From: Nemertoderma westbladi
Lineage: Eukaryota > Animalia > Xenacoelomorpha
Assembly: GCA_032718475.1 (NCBI GenBank)
Contig: JAUCBJ010007342.1
Location: forward strand, 28,948-92,947
Direction: 5' to 3'
Length of the DNA stretch: 64,000 bases
Both the position numbers and the translations under genes were made by a program. The notes under the pieces are model-generated. The model had not been told where the DNA came from. It saw only the letters and a list, made by a program, of their open reading frames with translations, and searched no databases. Below are positions 42,078-53,108 of the stretch, piece by piece (the stretch's first letter is position 1; every line of letters starts with the position of its first letter).

Positions 42078-43922
42078 CTATTTACTAATATTGGGTGGAG
42101 ATTTGTAGTCTCCTGTCTCGTTTCTAGTCTCCTCAAGGAGTACGAGACGTTGTACAGGTCTGTCTACGGTACGTCCGTCGATAGTCCGTACAGTAACTGT
42201 CCTCACTACGCCAGATGTAGGGTGCGTGGTCAAAATGACTCCAGTCAGCCAAAACCGTCTTCTCAGATTAGCTTCAGCCAATAAGACATGGTCACCACGT
42301 CTTAAACACCGGGTATTTAGATACCAAGAGGTTCTGGTCGAAATAGAGGGCAAATAATATTTCTGCCATATTTCCCAGAATTTATTTGCAAGCAATTGAG
42401 TGATTTTCCAAGCCTTGTTGCCGTATCCGTCACTATCAACGGGTACCGAAATGGGCAACAATGTCGTCGGCGCCTGCATAAGCAGGTGCGCTGGTGTCAA
42501 GGCAAACTGTACGTCGTTATTGTCTGGGATCAAAGCGATCGGTCTGGTATTTAAGATTGCTTCGATTTCTATTAGTAACGTCGTTAGTTGGTCGTCTGTC
42601 AAGATGTGTTGCGTCGGTACGACTTTAGCCATAGCTGTCTTTATTGAGCCAATCAGCCTTTCCCAAACGCCGCCTCTCCACGGACTGTCTGGAGTATTAA
42701 AAACCCAAACAATACGGTGAGGACGTAGTTCCTCGGAAATCTGGTTTTGGTCCAATTTTCTCAAAGCTCTGGTTATCTCGTTCCGTGCACCCACAAAGTT
42801 TGTCCCTTGGTCGCAGTATATGGATTTGACCAATCCACGTCTAGCGATAAATCGCCGTAAGGCTAGGATAAAGGCATTGGTGGACAAGTCTGTCACTCGC
42901 TCTATATGGACAGCTCTGCTGGCCATGCAAGTGAAGATCAATCCCCAACGTTTTACCTGTACCCTTCCGCGTTTCGCGATTATGGGTCCAAAACAGTCTA
43001 TCCCTGTCTCAGTGAAAGGGGGTCTAAACGCCTGTAATCTAGCTAATGGTAGTTCACTCATTTCTTGGTGTCCTATCCTCGCGTGCACCTTCTTACAAAT
43101 AATACAGTTCCGTGTTACCGAACTCAGTGCCTTACTAGGTCTAATCAGTACAAACCTCGAGCGTAAGTGTGATAGACAGTGGTGTCTACCTACGTGTTTG
43201 AGTTGTACATCTGCGTCCAGTATCATAGCGCGCTGTAATTCATGGTGTTGCGGTATGATGATAGGATACCTAAAGTCAAGTGCAAAGTCGATGTTTTGGA
43301 GTCTGGACTTGTGACAATGTAAGCCCCGGTAAATAATCGGACTCCAACTCAAAATCGGTGAAGACTTAATCTGTTTACCTTGTTTGATCGCTGTGAACTC
43401 TCGTGCGAAATATCGCAATTGATAATGTCTAATGATATCAACTTCACAGTGGCCAATTTCCTTTAAGGTAAGTCTTCTAGGAAAGTCGCGTTTGCCTCTG
43501 GCATATTGTCTCAATCGTTTGAGCCATGCTAACTTGCGGCACGCGTCAGTCCATGATCTAGTTAGGTTCACTATCCTGTCTACGTAAGTGTTAGTGACGT
43601 CATCGGGTAAGGTGTAGTCGTAGTGTGGATACTTGTCTGGACTTGGTAGGCCCACGGGCCTTCCGGTAGGTTTATCTGAGTCCCCAAGTACGTCAATCTC
43701 TACGGTCTTACCTTTGCCGTCCGCACCTAATGTGTCGACTGGCAGTAATGGTTTCAACTCTACAGTGTCAGTGTGTTCCTGTGAGCCTGTAAGCTTCCTA
43801 ACCTTAGTCACCACTTTACCTGTAGGTAAGTCAAGTACCTTCTTCGAGCGGAGTGTAATCCCTGTGGCCACCGCTTGTGTCCTTCTGGGCTCCTCCCCGA
43901 GGCGCACCCACGAGGCGGACAC
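42078..43922 (-). CDS. pol: Integrase of element 2 (separate ORF; frame open from 44072, no ATG before the zinc-finger region)
   Basis: CIIC; TGIDCFGP, YCDQGTNF, GGVWERLI; LNTRP; C-terminal LLEETRNETGDY shared with element 1. Confidence 0.92.
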   Translation of the reverse strand: MSASWVRLGEEPRRTQAVATGITLRSKKVLDLPTGKVVTKVRKLTGSQEHTDTVELKPLLPVDTLGADGKGKTVEIDVLGDSDKPTGRPVGLPSPDKYPHYDYTLPDDVTNTYVDRIVNLTRSWTDACRKLAWLKRLRQYARGKRDFPRRLTLKEIGHCEVDIIRHYQLRYFAREFTAIKQGKQIKSSPILSWSPIIYRGLHCHKSRLQNIDFALDFRYPIIIPQHHELQRAMILDADVQLKHVGRHHCLSHLRSRFVLIRPSKALSSVTRNCIICKKVHARIGHQEMSELPLARLQAFRPPFTETGIDCFGPIIAKRGRVQVKRWGLIFTCMASRAVHIERVTDLSTNAFILALRRFIARRGLVKSIYCDQGTNFVGARNEITRALRKLDQNQISEELRPHRIVWVFNTPDSPWRGGVWERLIGSIKTAMAKVVPTQHILTDDQLTTLLIEIEAILNTRPIALIPDNNDVQFALTPAHLLMQAPTTLLPISVPVDSDGYGNKAWKITQLLANKFWEIWQKYYLPSISTRTSWYLNTRCLRRGDHVLLAEANLRRRFWLTGVILTTHPTSGVVRTVTVRTIDGRTVDRPVQRLVLLEETRNETGDYKSPPNISK

Positions 43923-45050
43923 CTTTCCACCACCCCTGGGGCCAGTCTGACTGATGTTATTATCAGACCGGGCCGGAGGGTGGCCTGATGCTTCCCGGGT
44001 TCTGTTTTCGGTCCCCCGATCACACCAGCACAGCTCGTCGAACGTGTAGCCAGATGGGCGGCTACTGTCAACTTACTGTGGCCTGACTGTACATTGAGCC
44101 AACTCAAAGTATAACAAAGAGTCAACCGGCAGGTGGACCAGTCGATAGCGATCGAGCACCAAGGTCGCCCTTGGGCCTAACCGACGGTCTTGTCCCATGT
44201 GGGCTTGCGCTACCCAACATTGGAATTTTGACACGTTTTCACCTGCCTCGCCGGCAGTATTTAAAAAACAATACTGTCTGTAGCTCAAAAGCTACTGAAC
44301 AAGTAACCACTTACCAGTCACTGTACACGTGTACTCAACAGATGTTCACAAAATCAAGTACACAATGGTAAGCACAAAATCGAACACATACCATGCACAC
44401 ACAGAAGACAAAATCAGGAAAGACAAAATCGGGGTCAAATCAGAGGGGACAAATTGTATCGACCAAGTAGCAAATCGAGAGTACCTTATTTTACCGACAG
44501 GGTAAAATAACTTTGTGTGCACAAAGTATGCTGGGGCGCAGTAGAGATATGGTCCTACTAATACCAGCGGCGTCTTGTCCAACTGGCAAGGGTTCCCATA
44601 CCCACTCGCAGTGGCCACACATACAATCACGTGTACTCACGTACCCACAGCAACAGAAAACTCAAGACCCGACGGTTTTTCCAATGCCACCAAAGACCAA
44701 TCAGCTGAACATGGAGACAATAACATATAGTATCAAAAAAACGGAACAGCTGACGGTCAATGGAACCATCCAAGCCCCAAGCAAACTGCCACTGATCGCC
44801 CACATACAAAACATAGTTCACGCCACATGAGCCACAAATCACGCCATGCCACCACCCCTACTGTGTACAGGACTGGCAGTACGGCAACAGGCCGACTAGA
44901 CGGTACCACGGCACCATGGCAATTCATGGTTCGTTAGACACGAGGGCCTTAAGTATCTCCCTTGCACTTAGACGACAATTTAACGTGCCCCCGGACCCTC
45001 ACGAGTCCGCCGCCGCCTGCTAAAGGCACCCCTATAGAGACCTCACCTCT

Positions 45051-48000
45051 TTAGGTACCTCTGTCGTCCAAAGAAGTCAAATTTGGTACGTCTCTAAACG
45101 TCCGCTCCAATGGGTCTTCTAATGGAGTGTCTAGTAGACAGTCTGGTGAAGCGTCTGGTGAACAGTCTGGTGAGACGTCTGGTGAGACATAGCGCGGAAC
45201 ATCCGGCGAAATGTCCTGTCGTCGGTCCCAAAGTCTGTCTAGCGTAACTTCTGTCAGAAAGTCTGGTCTAAAATCTGGTAGACAGTCTGGTGGACAGTCT
45301 GTCGAGATGTCTGGTGAACAGTCTGGTGAGACGTCCGGTAGACATTCTGTCGAGAGTTCCATCAAACAATCTGGCGAACAATCCGGAGAACAATCTGGTG
45401 TCTCTTCTGGTGAATAGTCTGGCGAGTAATCTGGTGTACAATCCGGCGAAACGTCTGGTGAAATCTCCCGCGGAACATCCGGCGAAAGATTCGTACAAGC
45501 GTCTGGTCGAGTGTCTGGCGAGACGTCTGGCGTAATGTCAGGTCTGGCATCCAGGTCATCAGATTTCGTCCGTCCTTTTTTCCTCTTGACCTTGGCGTTG
45601 GCTTTCGCTTTAGACTTGACAACCTTGTCGAGTTTTATCTCGGCACCCTCTGGTATGGTGTTGGTTGTCGCGTCGAATAACGGTGGCCATTCGTCTGATG
45701 GTCGCTGCAGGAAATCGGGTCCTCTAAACCAAAAGGATTTATTGTCCGGTTTACAAAAGTCAAGTGGTTGCATCCCCCGTGACGCAATGTCAGCTGGGTT
45801 CAGCTTCCCTGGACAGTGACGCCAATCTTGTTTGAGCGACCGGTCTAGTATTTCAGCCCGTCTGTTGGCTACGAAAGTCTTGAACTCGAATGTTTCGTTG
45901 TTTATGTACCAAAGTACCAACGTCGCATCCGTCCAATATGTGACCTTCAAGTTAGCCTCCAGCTCGCGTTGAACTAGACTGACAATATCGGTGGATATCG
46001 TCCCGGCTTGCAGCTCCCCACGAGGTACAGTCATATACTTCAATGGCATTGTTCTAGCCCTTGAAGTAACGAGAGACACATCGTAGCTGTCCGATGTCAC
46101 TTGTCGTCTAAGGTATAAAGTAACCCCCAATCCATCCTTGCTAGCGTCACTAAAGCTGTGAAGCTCTAAATCAGCAGGAAAGGTGGTTTGCAAAGGAAAG
46201 TATACCCTTGGTATGGTATAGTCTTGTAGGAACGTCAGTTGGGCTTCCCAGTCCCTCCATCGCTCAGCTAACTTTTCTGGGATGGGATCGTCCCATTCCA
46301 GTCCGGCTTGCCAAATGCTGCGGAGTATGATCCTGGCATGTAGGATCACTGGACTAATGAAACACAATGGGTCATACAATCGACTCATAGTCGATAAGCA
46401 AGTCCTCTTAGTGAGAGGTCTAGTCTGGTCGTTGGACCTTACACGTACCCTAAAATTGTCGGTGTTAGGGTCCCAACTAAGTCCTAGTACTTTGGTCGTC
46501 GGCAGTGGTTCTAGGTCTAAGTCTAAATCACCTCCGCTACGATCCATCGGGTCAAATGAGTTCACCAGTTCGGGTTCGTTGGAAGCGAACTTCGTCAGGT
46601 GAAATCCGCCCTCAGCGAGACAATCCTGGAGTTGGTGTGCTACGGTTGTAGCGCGCTCCAAGGTGTCACAACTCTTGAGGCCGTCATCCACGTAGAAATC
46701 TCGTTCCACGGTCCGAACTACTTCTGGGTCAAATTGGTCTCGTCTGTCCAATGCTGTCTGCTTCAATGCGTACATGGTGCAGTTGGGGCTGTCCCTGGCT
46801 CCGAATACTCTTACCTGCATTTGGTAAGTTTCTGGCGGAAGTTGTAAGTTTCCGTCCGGATACCAAAGAAACCTCAAACTGTCCCTGTCCCGCTCCAAAG
46901 CCTTAACCTGGTGAAACATGGCCTCTACGTCACAGGTGAAAGCCACTTTGCGTTGTCTAAAATGCATTAGGACTCCCATGAGGTAATTATTCATATTCGG
47001 CCCGTCCATCAGTTCGCTGTTCATAGACATCCCTTGGTAAAGCGCAGCGCAGTCGTTGACTACACGCACCTTGCCAGGTTTGTCCGGGTGTCGAACAAAA
47101 TGATGTGGCAGGTAATATGTCTGGTCTGTAGTTACCTCAGGATTTAACATCCTAATGGCGTATCCCTTTTGGAGATACGTCTGAAGTTGTGCATTGTATT
47201 GCATATGGGCCGTCTCGTCTCGCAACAATCGCTGCCTTATTGATTTGAGTCGCCTCAAAGCAAGCGGGTAATTGTTAACGAGTTTTGGTTGTCCATCGCG
47301 CCACAACATACCAACCTCATAGTGGCCATTCGCGGTCTGGCGAATGGTATCTCTCATAATATTTAATGACCGTTTTTCCTGTTCTGACATAGCGGTCTCG
47401 TAACTACCGGGTTCTGCTGAGTCCTGTTCCAACCATTGTATGGTCCGTTCAGTCAGCAGTCGGTCAAGCGCTGCTTGCACTGCGCCATGGTCCTCGTCCA
47501 CGTCTTCGTCCGCTGCGGTGGCTAGTGTCAATGTGTCTGGTAGGCTCGCAAGCCTTCCGGTGTCACTAGTCGGCGTCGAATTGTCGTGCGGCGGTTTGAC
47601 AACTTCTTGATCTATCGGTAGGCTCGCAAGCCTTCCAAGATCAACGACCGGTGTCGAAGCCTGGTGGGTGGGGTCAATGACCTTCGGATTTTTCGGTAGG
47701 CTCGCAAGCCTTCCAAAATCCTCGTTCATCGAGTCATCCACAGCAACAACCCTCAGGTCTTCAGTAGTCAATACAACCTGGTCTACTGCAAGTAGTTGTA
47801 AGTCAGAGGTCCGTATGGTCGTGTCCAGATCGGTTACGTCAGTATCGGTGGCGTCTGCGTTAGTGACGCAAGTCTGTCGTAGTGCCGTCCGTACAATTGG
47901 ACCACGGGAGTGTGAAGGAGAATTATCTATCGTGTTAGTCAATAAACTACACGTACTCAAAACGTCGTCCTCCTGGTCACTTACCTCTAGTGAACGTATT

Positions 48001-51000
48001 GGTGCTCTAGTATACCAACCTATGGGAGTTCTACATGCGTAGGGGTTGCCCGCTGTAATAACAGATGGGCGTGTCTCCCATACCTGATGTAAGTTAAACT
48101 GGTCTGTCCCAATTAACATCGCAATGGAACGATAATTAACAGGACATTCCGGTATTCCAAGGTGTCGGAAATACTTACGATCTTCCGGAGATTGCTCTGG
48201 CACAGGGCCGAGCAAGTTACTAAAGTCCTTCGTAGCTGCAAAGGTCAAATTTCTTACCGGAAGTAATGAGCGCTCCTCCTTGCTGTGTTCCGCTTTGGAA
48301 AGAAGAGTGTCTAAAGTTAGTTTTACTCTTGTCACAGGAATCGCTCTCTTACCATGCATGCTGCTTACAGTATACTGAGCAGTCTTACCTTGACTCAAGT
48401 CCGTAACTACGTCGGCTACTTGTTCGTCGACATAGCTATGCGATGACGCAGAGTCTAAGATGGCGTATATACGCTTGCTCCCTCGGGTTCCGGTAATCTT
48501 TATAGGAATCACGCTAAACCCTTTCAATTGGTTCTGTGTGAGGAGCGTTATCGATGGCTGTTCCTCACCTGCATGCACGTAGAAAGTGTCGTCTTCCTCC
48601 TCGTCCTCGTCCGATGATCCTGACTGATCCATACAGTCGGTATAAAAGGTACGGATCTCGCGCGGCGCACGCTCCTTATAAAGCGCGTCGCATCTAGCCG
48701 CTTTATCTGGATGCTCTCGTCGAAAGCGTCTGGTCGGAGTATGACTGGTTGTGTGAAGCAACGCGTCATGGTTACGTCCACACAGAGAACATGTATCATC
48801 GCTCGGGCAATCCTTCCGGACGTGTCCTGGCTTCATACATCTCCAACAGGAATCTAGAGATCGGATTTGGAGTCTCCTTTCCTCGATCCCTAACTCTTTA
48901 AAAGCGCGACATCCACGTAGTTTATGTCCGCTATGGTTTCTGCCGTTCCGCTCGCAGTATGAGCATCCCACAAAGTCCGCCGGCAACTGTTGTCGTGGCT
49001 GCGTGGTGCCGATAGGCGTCAGAACTTTAGAAGTCTCAGTAGGGGTGGCGTAAGTAACGGCTTTCGCGTTCGTCGGAAACGGTTTAGTCCGATTCGGCGC
49101 AGAAACAGTTATCCCTTCCGCCGCGATATGGTGATCGGTATAGTTCGATCGAGTCTCGATCACGGCCTCCCGTGAAATAAGTTGATAGACATCGGTGAGT
49201 TTTAATAACCCTCCGGCCTCTTCGCGCTGGTACTCGATGCGTCGCCATTCTCGTCGTAGTCGATGATGAAGTCGACCGATTATTCGAATGAGAACCGTCG
49301 GTGCGTTAGCGTACTCGAGTTGTCCAATGGACCGTAAAGTCCCTATAGCGTTCTTTATTTCGTCCGCGAGTCGTAAAAGGTCGATCGGTCTCGAAATGTT
49401 GCCTCCTCTGCAGAGGTCTTCAATAATGGATTTAGCCATGGCGACATTACCGCCGTAAATCGAATACAAACGGTCGTACGCCAACTCAAAGGCATCGGGA
49501 ACTCCAATAAAGGTTTCCGCTAATCGTTTCGGCTCACCAGACAGAACTTGGAGCAAGTAGTTAAACTTCTCCGTCGAGGTGAAAGCACACTTAGCGATCT
49601 GGGACTCTACGTAGTCTACCAGTGTGCGCCAGTGTTTCGCGTTGCCAGAGAACTTCGGCGGTTGCTGTGCCGGTAATCCGTGTCTAGCCGCGAATTTCGC
49701 AATCTCGCTAACTAAATCCAACTGTCCGCGTCCCTGTTCGGCGGCGTCGTCCAGTCGCTCCCTTCCGCGCGTTGTTCGTCGGTAGGAATTATTAACGGGA
49801 TCTTCTTCTCGATGTGTCGGAGTCCGTCTAGTCTCCTGTTCTCTCCTCGGTGGTCGATGTTGTCTAGGTTGTTCCAACTCCACGCTGGTCCGTGATCGAT
49901 CCGACGGTTGCGCTTCGAGTCGTTCTTCGAGTTGAGCTATTCTGTCCGTCATCTCGGTGAACTGTTTAGCGCTGATCGTTTCCGCTGGTTTCAACGTGGG
50001 TTTCTGTTGGGGTGTTTCTCGTGGAGGATTGTCGATATAGGGGTTCGTCGATCTCTCCTCTCGTTTGCAATCTTCCGCCGCTCCAGTACGGAATATTTCC
50101 CGTTCCGTCGACTCCGAGTCACTAGATGAATCGCTGTCGTCCGGATAAGGTGGTTGGCGGGTTCGTGTCCGGCGTATTATCCTCGATTTCGTCCGTTGCG
50201 GTCCGGAATCTACGGCTCTCCGTTGTTCGGTAGGCTCGCAAGCCTTCCACGAAGTCGTAGGTCTCGCTATACGTTGTCCGATCCCGTGGGTACTACCCAC
50301 CTCCATCCTCCTTCGTAGTTCGGTAGGCTCGCAAGCCTTCCACGAAGTCGTAGGTTGCGTCGAACATTGTGTCAACGGTCGAGTGAAATAGTCGGGTTTC
50401 GTAGTCGGTCTGTAAATAACTGGATTTGCACAGCACGTCACAGGTTTAACTTGTAATGGTTTACTCACCTGTTTAATGGTCATAAACGCAGGTTCCTCTC
50501 TTCCTACAAGTAGACTACGACTTACTGTAGGTGGACTAGTAATGTTACCTGCTAAAATTGGCGATGAAGTCGCCCTAGGTTGCGGTATTTCCGTCACAAC
50601 AAACCTGTTGCCTTGCGTCGAACGCACAGGCGTTATTTCCTTAGGTTTCGTAACGAAGACCGGTTTTATCGGAGTCGTGGGTTTGAGCATAGGAATAACT
50701 TGGGGAAAACGTTTACAGTAATCCTCGACGAACTCCTCTCCTTGATCTATCGCTCCCACGCTTCCTTCCTCGATCCGCTTCTGTATTCCGCGATATCGAG
50801 CTTCCATACGATCCAGGGCAGACAAGTCGTGTCCAGTTCGCGATCTCATAGATCTATCTCTCGCGTCGAGTTCGAGGTCCGCTTGCGCGTTCGCTGTCTC
50901 GCGCGATCTTCGATTCAATTCGAACTGTAGTTGCATCTCCCTTTCGCGTCGATCTGCATCCTGTTGTTGTGCCGCTAATTCCGCTTCCTGTATAGCTAAT

Positions 51001-52103
51001 CGAGCGTTTATTTGCCGCGCCTCCAACTTGGCACGAACGTCGGATGCTGCTTTCTGCCGTGCTAACTCGTCGGCTGCCGCTTCTCGCACTAAGTCCTCCT
51101 CCAGTCTGCGCATTTCTGATGCTTCGAATTCAGCTTGCGCCTTGAGTTGTGCAATTCTTGCCTTGTCTTCTCTACGTTGTTTCTCTCCTTCGATGGCGAT
51201 CTGTGCCATCTGGTGTCGCGCTTCTTCCTCGGCGACTTGTTGTCGGCGTGCAACCTCCTGTTGTTGTCGAGTAATTCCAGACGCTGTTCTACTAACGTCG
51301 CCAACGTCGCCAACGTCGCTCCGTACGCTAACGAACGATCTATCCAGTGGTGGATGTTGGTAGGCTCGCGAGCCTTCCATAGTGAGAACTTCCGTCGTCC
51401 CTCGCGGTTCGACTTCCGGTTCGTCGATCGGTACGCCGCATCTACGAAGAAAATTGGTCAGCGTTTCCAACCTTCCGTCCAGGCAGTAGAGTTCTTCTTC
51501 CTCTTCGGGTTGTAACAACGCGTCCGAAACTGACTCACCTAGCAGTTGGTCGAACTGCTCCTGTTGAGCCAATCTTATCACCGACTTAAACTGGATAAGG
51601 CTTTCTCTCGCACTTACCAATTTATCTACTATCTTTACCTGAGTAAAGTTGTCGCCACGCAACTCTGCAAGTTCGTGCAAACCTTTAAGTTTATCTACGG
51701 AGGCATGTACCCTACTTTCTATCCTTACCTGTAAGGTGTAGAACTCGTATCTCGACATCGGGGCGGTTAACTCGCGTAAAACGCGAAAACCTTCTCCGAG
51801 GTTCCGAGTAATCTGGGCCATGTGTCCTCCTATACTTCTAATAACGTTCTCCTGGCTTCCAGTCGAACTTACCATGTCCGGTTCCCGTGATCTAGTCTGC
51901 GGGACGGTAAGGAAATCTTCGATCCTGCCGTCGCCACGCGTTGCGGCTTCCGGTATTTCCGTTCGGGGTACCGGCGACGCAAGCGGTGTGACATCGGTGG
52001 AATCTCGGGTTCTCCTTCTCGGTTCGTCTACTGTCGATCTGTCCGGGTCGCACGAGTCATAGTCGGTAGGTGGGTATCTCGTCGAATGGGGTGTGTCACT
52101 CAT
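45051..52103 (-). CDS. pol: Gag-PR-RT-RNase H polyprotein of element 2 (2350 aa) with a D-x-S-P repeat tail
   Basis: Coiled coil; CSYC...HKLRGC, CWRCMKPGHVRKDC, CSLCGRNHDALLH; ILDSAS; YLPHHFV; FYVDD; FSDAS; HCPGKLNPAD. Confidence 0.95.
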   Translation of the reverse strand: MSDTPHSTRYPPTDYDSCDPDRSTVDEPRRRTRDSTDVTPLASPVPRTEIPEAATRGDGRIEDFLTVPQTRSREPDMVSSTGSQENVIRSIGGHMAQITRNLGEGFRVLRELTAPMSRYEFYTLQVRIESRVHASVDKLKGLHELAELRGDNFTQVKIVDKLVSARESLIQFKSVIRLAQQEQFDQLLGESVSDALLQPEEEEELYCLDGRLETLTNFLRRCGVPIDEPEVEPRGTTEVLTMEGSRAYQHPPLDRSFVSVRSDVGDVGDVSRTASGITRQQQEVARRQQVAEEEARHQMAQIAIEGEKQRREDKARIAQLKAQAEFEASEMRRLEEDLVREAAADELARQKAASDVRAKLEARQINARLAIQEAELAAQQQDADRREREMQLQFELNRRSRETANAQADLELDARDRSMRSRTGHDLSALDRMEARYRGIQKRIEEGSVGAIDQGEEFVEDYCKRFPQVIPMLKPTTPIKPVFVTKPKEITPVRSTQGNRFVVTEIPQPRATSSPILAGNITSPPTVSRSLLVGREEPAFMTIKQVSKPLQVKPVTCCANPVIYRPTTKPDYFTRPLTQCSTQPTTSWKACEPTELRRRMEVGSTHGIGQRIARPTTSWKACEPTEQRRAVDSGPQRTKSRIIRRTRTRQPPYPDDSDSSSDSESTEREIFRTGAAEDCKREERSTNPYIDNPPRETPQQKPTLKPAETISAKQFTEMTDRIAQLEERLEAQPSDRSRTSVELEQPRQHRPPRREQETRRTPTHREEDPVNNSYRRTTRGRERLDDAAEQGRGQLDLVSEIAKFAARHGLPAQQPPKFSGNAKHWRTLVDYVESQIAKCAFTSTEKFNYLLQVLSGEPKRLAETFIGVPDAFELAYDRLYSIYGGNVAMAKSIIEDLCRGGNISRPIDLLRLADEIKNAIGTLRSIGQLEYANAPTVLIRIIGRLHHRLRREWRRIEYQREEAGGLLKLTDVYQLISREAVIETRSNYTDHHIAAEGITVSAPNRTKPFPTNAKAVTYATPTETSKVLTPIGTTQPRQQLPADFVGCSYCERNGRNHSGHKLRGCRAFKELGIEERRLQIRSLDSCWRCMKPGHVRKDCPSDDTCSLCGRNHDALLHTTSHTPTRRFRREHPDKAARCDALYKERAPREIRTFYTDCMDQSGSSDEDEEEDDTFYVHAGEEQPSITLLTQNQLKGFSVIPIKITGTRGSKRIYAILDSASSHSYVDEQVADVVTDLSQGKTAQYTVSSMHGKRAIPVTRVKLTLDTLLSKAEHSKEERSLLPVRNLTFAATKDFSNLLGPVPEQSPEDRKYFRHLGIPECPVNYRSIAMLIGTDQFNLHQVWETRPSVITAGNPYACRTPIGWYTRAPIRSLEVSDQEDDVLSTCSLLTNTIDNSPSHSRGPIVRTALRQTCVTNADATDTDVTDLDTTIRTSDLQLLAVDQVVLTTEDLRVVAVDDSMNEDFGRLASLPKNPKVIDPTHQASTPVVDLGRLASLPIDQEVVKPPHDNSTPTSDTGRLASLPDTLTLATAADEDVDEDHGAVQAALDRLLTERTIQWLEQDSAEPGSYETAMSEQEKRSLNIMRDTIRQTANGHYEVGMLWRDGQPKLVNNYPLALRRLKSIRQRLLRDETAHMQYNAQLQTYLQKGYAIRMLNPEVTTDQTYYLPHHFVRHPDKPGKVRVVNDCAALYQGMSMNSELMDGPNMNNYLMGVLMHFRQRKVAFTCDVEAMFHQVKALERDRDSLRFLWYPDGNLQLPPETYQMQVRVFGARDSPNCTMYALKQTALDRRDQFDPEVVRTVERDFYVDDGLKSCDTLERATTVAHQLQDCLAEGGFHLTKFASNEPELVNSFDPMDRSGGDLDLDLEPLPTTKVLGLSWDPNTDNFRVRVRSNDQTRPLTKRTCLSTMSRLYDPLCFISPVILHARIILRSIWQAGLEWDDPIPEKLAERWRDWEAQLTFLQDYTIPRVYFPLQTTFPADLELHSFSDASKDGLGVTLYLRRQVTSDSYDVSLVTSRARTMPLKYMTVPRGELQAGTISTDIVSLVQRELEANLKVTYWTDATLVLWYINNETFEFKTFVANRRAEILDRSLKQDWRHCPGKLNPADIASRGMQPLDFCKPDNKSFWFRGPDFLQRPSDEWPPLFDATTNTIPEGAEIKLDKVVKSKAKANAKVKRKKGRTKSDDLDARPDITPDVSPDTRPDACTNLSPDVPREISPDVSPDCTPDYSPDYSPEETPDCSPDCSPDCLMELSTECLPDVSPDCSPDISTDCPPDCLPDFRPDFLTEVTLDRLWDRRQDISPDVPRYVSPDVSPDCSPDASPDCLLDTPLEDPLERTFRDVPNLTSLDDRGT
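45130..45550. repeat. Degenerate 12-bp coding tandem repeat (DVSP/DCSP)
   Basis: gtctggtgaaca / gtctggtgagac units, about 35 copies. Confidence 0.85.
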
Positions 52104-52134
52104 GTCTTATTATATACGTCAAGTACGGGTAATA

Positions 52135-52322
52135 AAATGTCAAAGTGTCTGAATGTTGAAGTGTCAAACTTACCTTGGTATATATAGTATCTATATACCC
52201 TAACCGGTACAAATAAATCAACAAGTCAGAACGTCGAAATGTCAAAATGTCGAAATGTACAAATGTCAAACTTACCTTGATATATATATATATCATATAT
52301 ATACCCTAACCGGTACAAATAA
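52135..52322 (-). promoter_or_regulatory. Duplicated leader segment, each copy with a consensus splice donor
   Basis: CAAG/GTAAGT with GT at 52275 and 52173, upstream of the gag ATG (52103). Confidence 0.5.
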
Positions 52323-53108
52323 AACTAACAAGGTATATAATAAAATAAGTAGTAATCTAGCCTACCGGCTAAATTTGTACGAATAAGTGAGATAACGGTA
52401 TACGTTAACAAAATATAGATCAACAAGTATAAACAATAGGCCAAACAGCAATGTCCAAAGGGAAAATATGTACCAACAACACTACTAAATAGACAGTGAA
52501 ACCCACAAATTTTGAGTACTACTGTGCTTTCTTAAGTTTGAACGACGCGAGTCGTAAAACTTACGTTCCTTTGATCTTCCAGTCGTACAAATTCCCAAAT
52601 ACAAACCGGACGTGGGTCTTTCCGTTTTTCGGCGGCGCGGACGAATTTATTGTCTCCCAAACTTTGCGAAAAGCGGTCTAATCCTTGAAGCGGTCCAGAA
52701 ATGAGTCCTTGAGTCCTGAAAAGGTCGAAGGTGAGAGTTTTACTTCTACGCTTACGAAAATCTTCCTAGGTACCGATACAAATTGGTCTTTAAACCCTAT
52801 GTACCTTTTCAAGTACCGAAAAGTAACACCGCACACACACGGCGTAAAACAAAGTGCTACAAACTAACTGTTAGCTAGTCAAAGATTAAATACGAAAGTA
52901 CTAGCTACCCTAAAAGCCTACTGAAGCAGGGGACGTTCTAAATTACTAAATTTACTAACCTTAGATTTTAAATATCTCCTACTTTCAATAGCTAACAGTT
53001 CGAAATAATACTATACGCTAATTTATATAGTACTTCCTACTGTAAGGTAGGAATACTATACACTATGGTAGAAATATTATATACTAATTTATATAAAATA
53101 CTTCCTAC

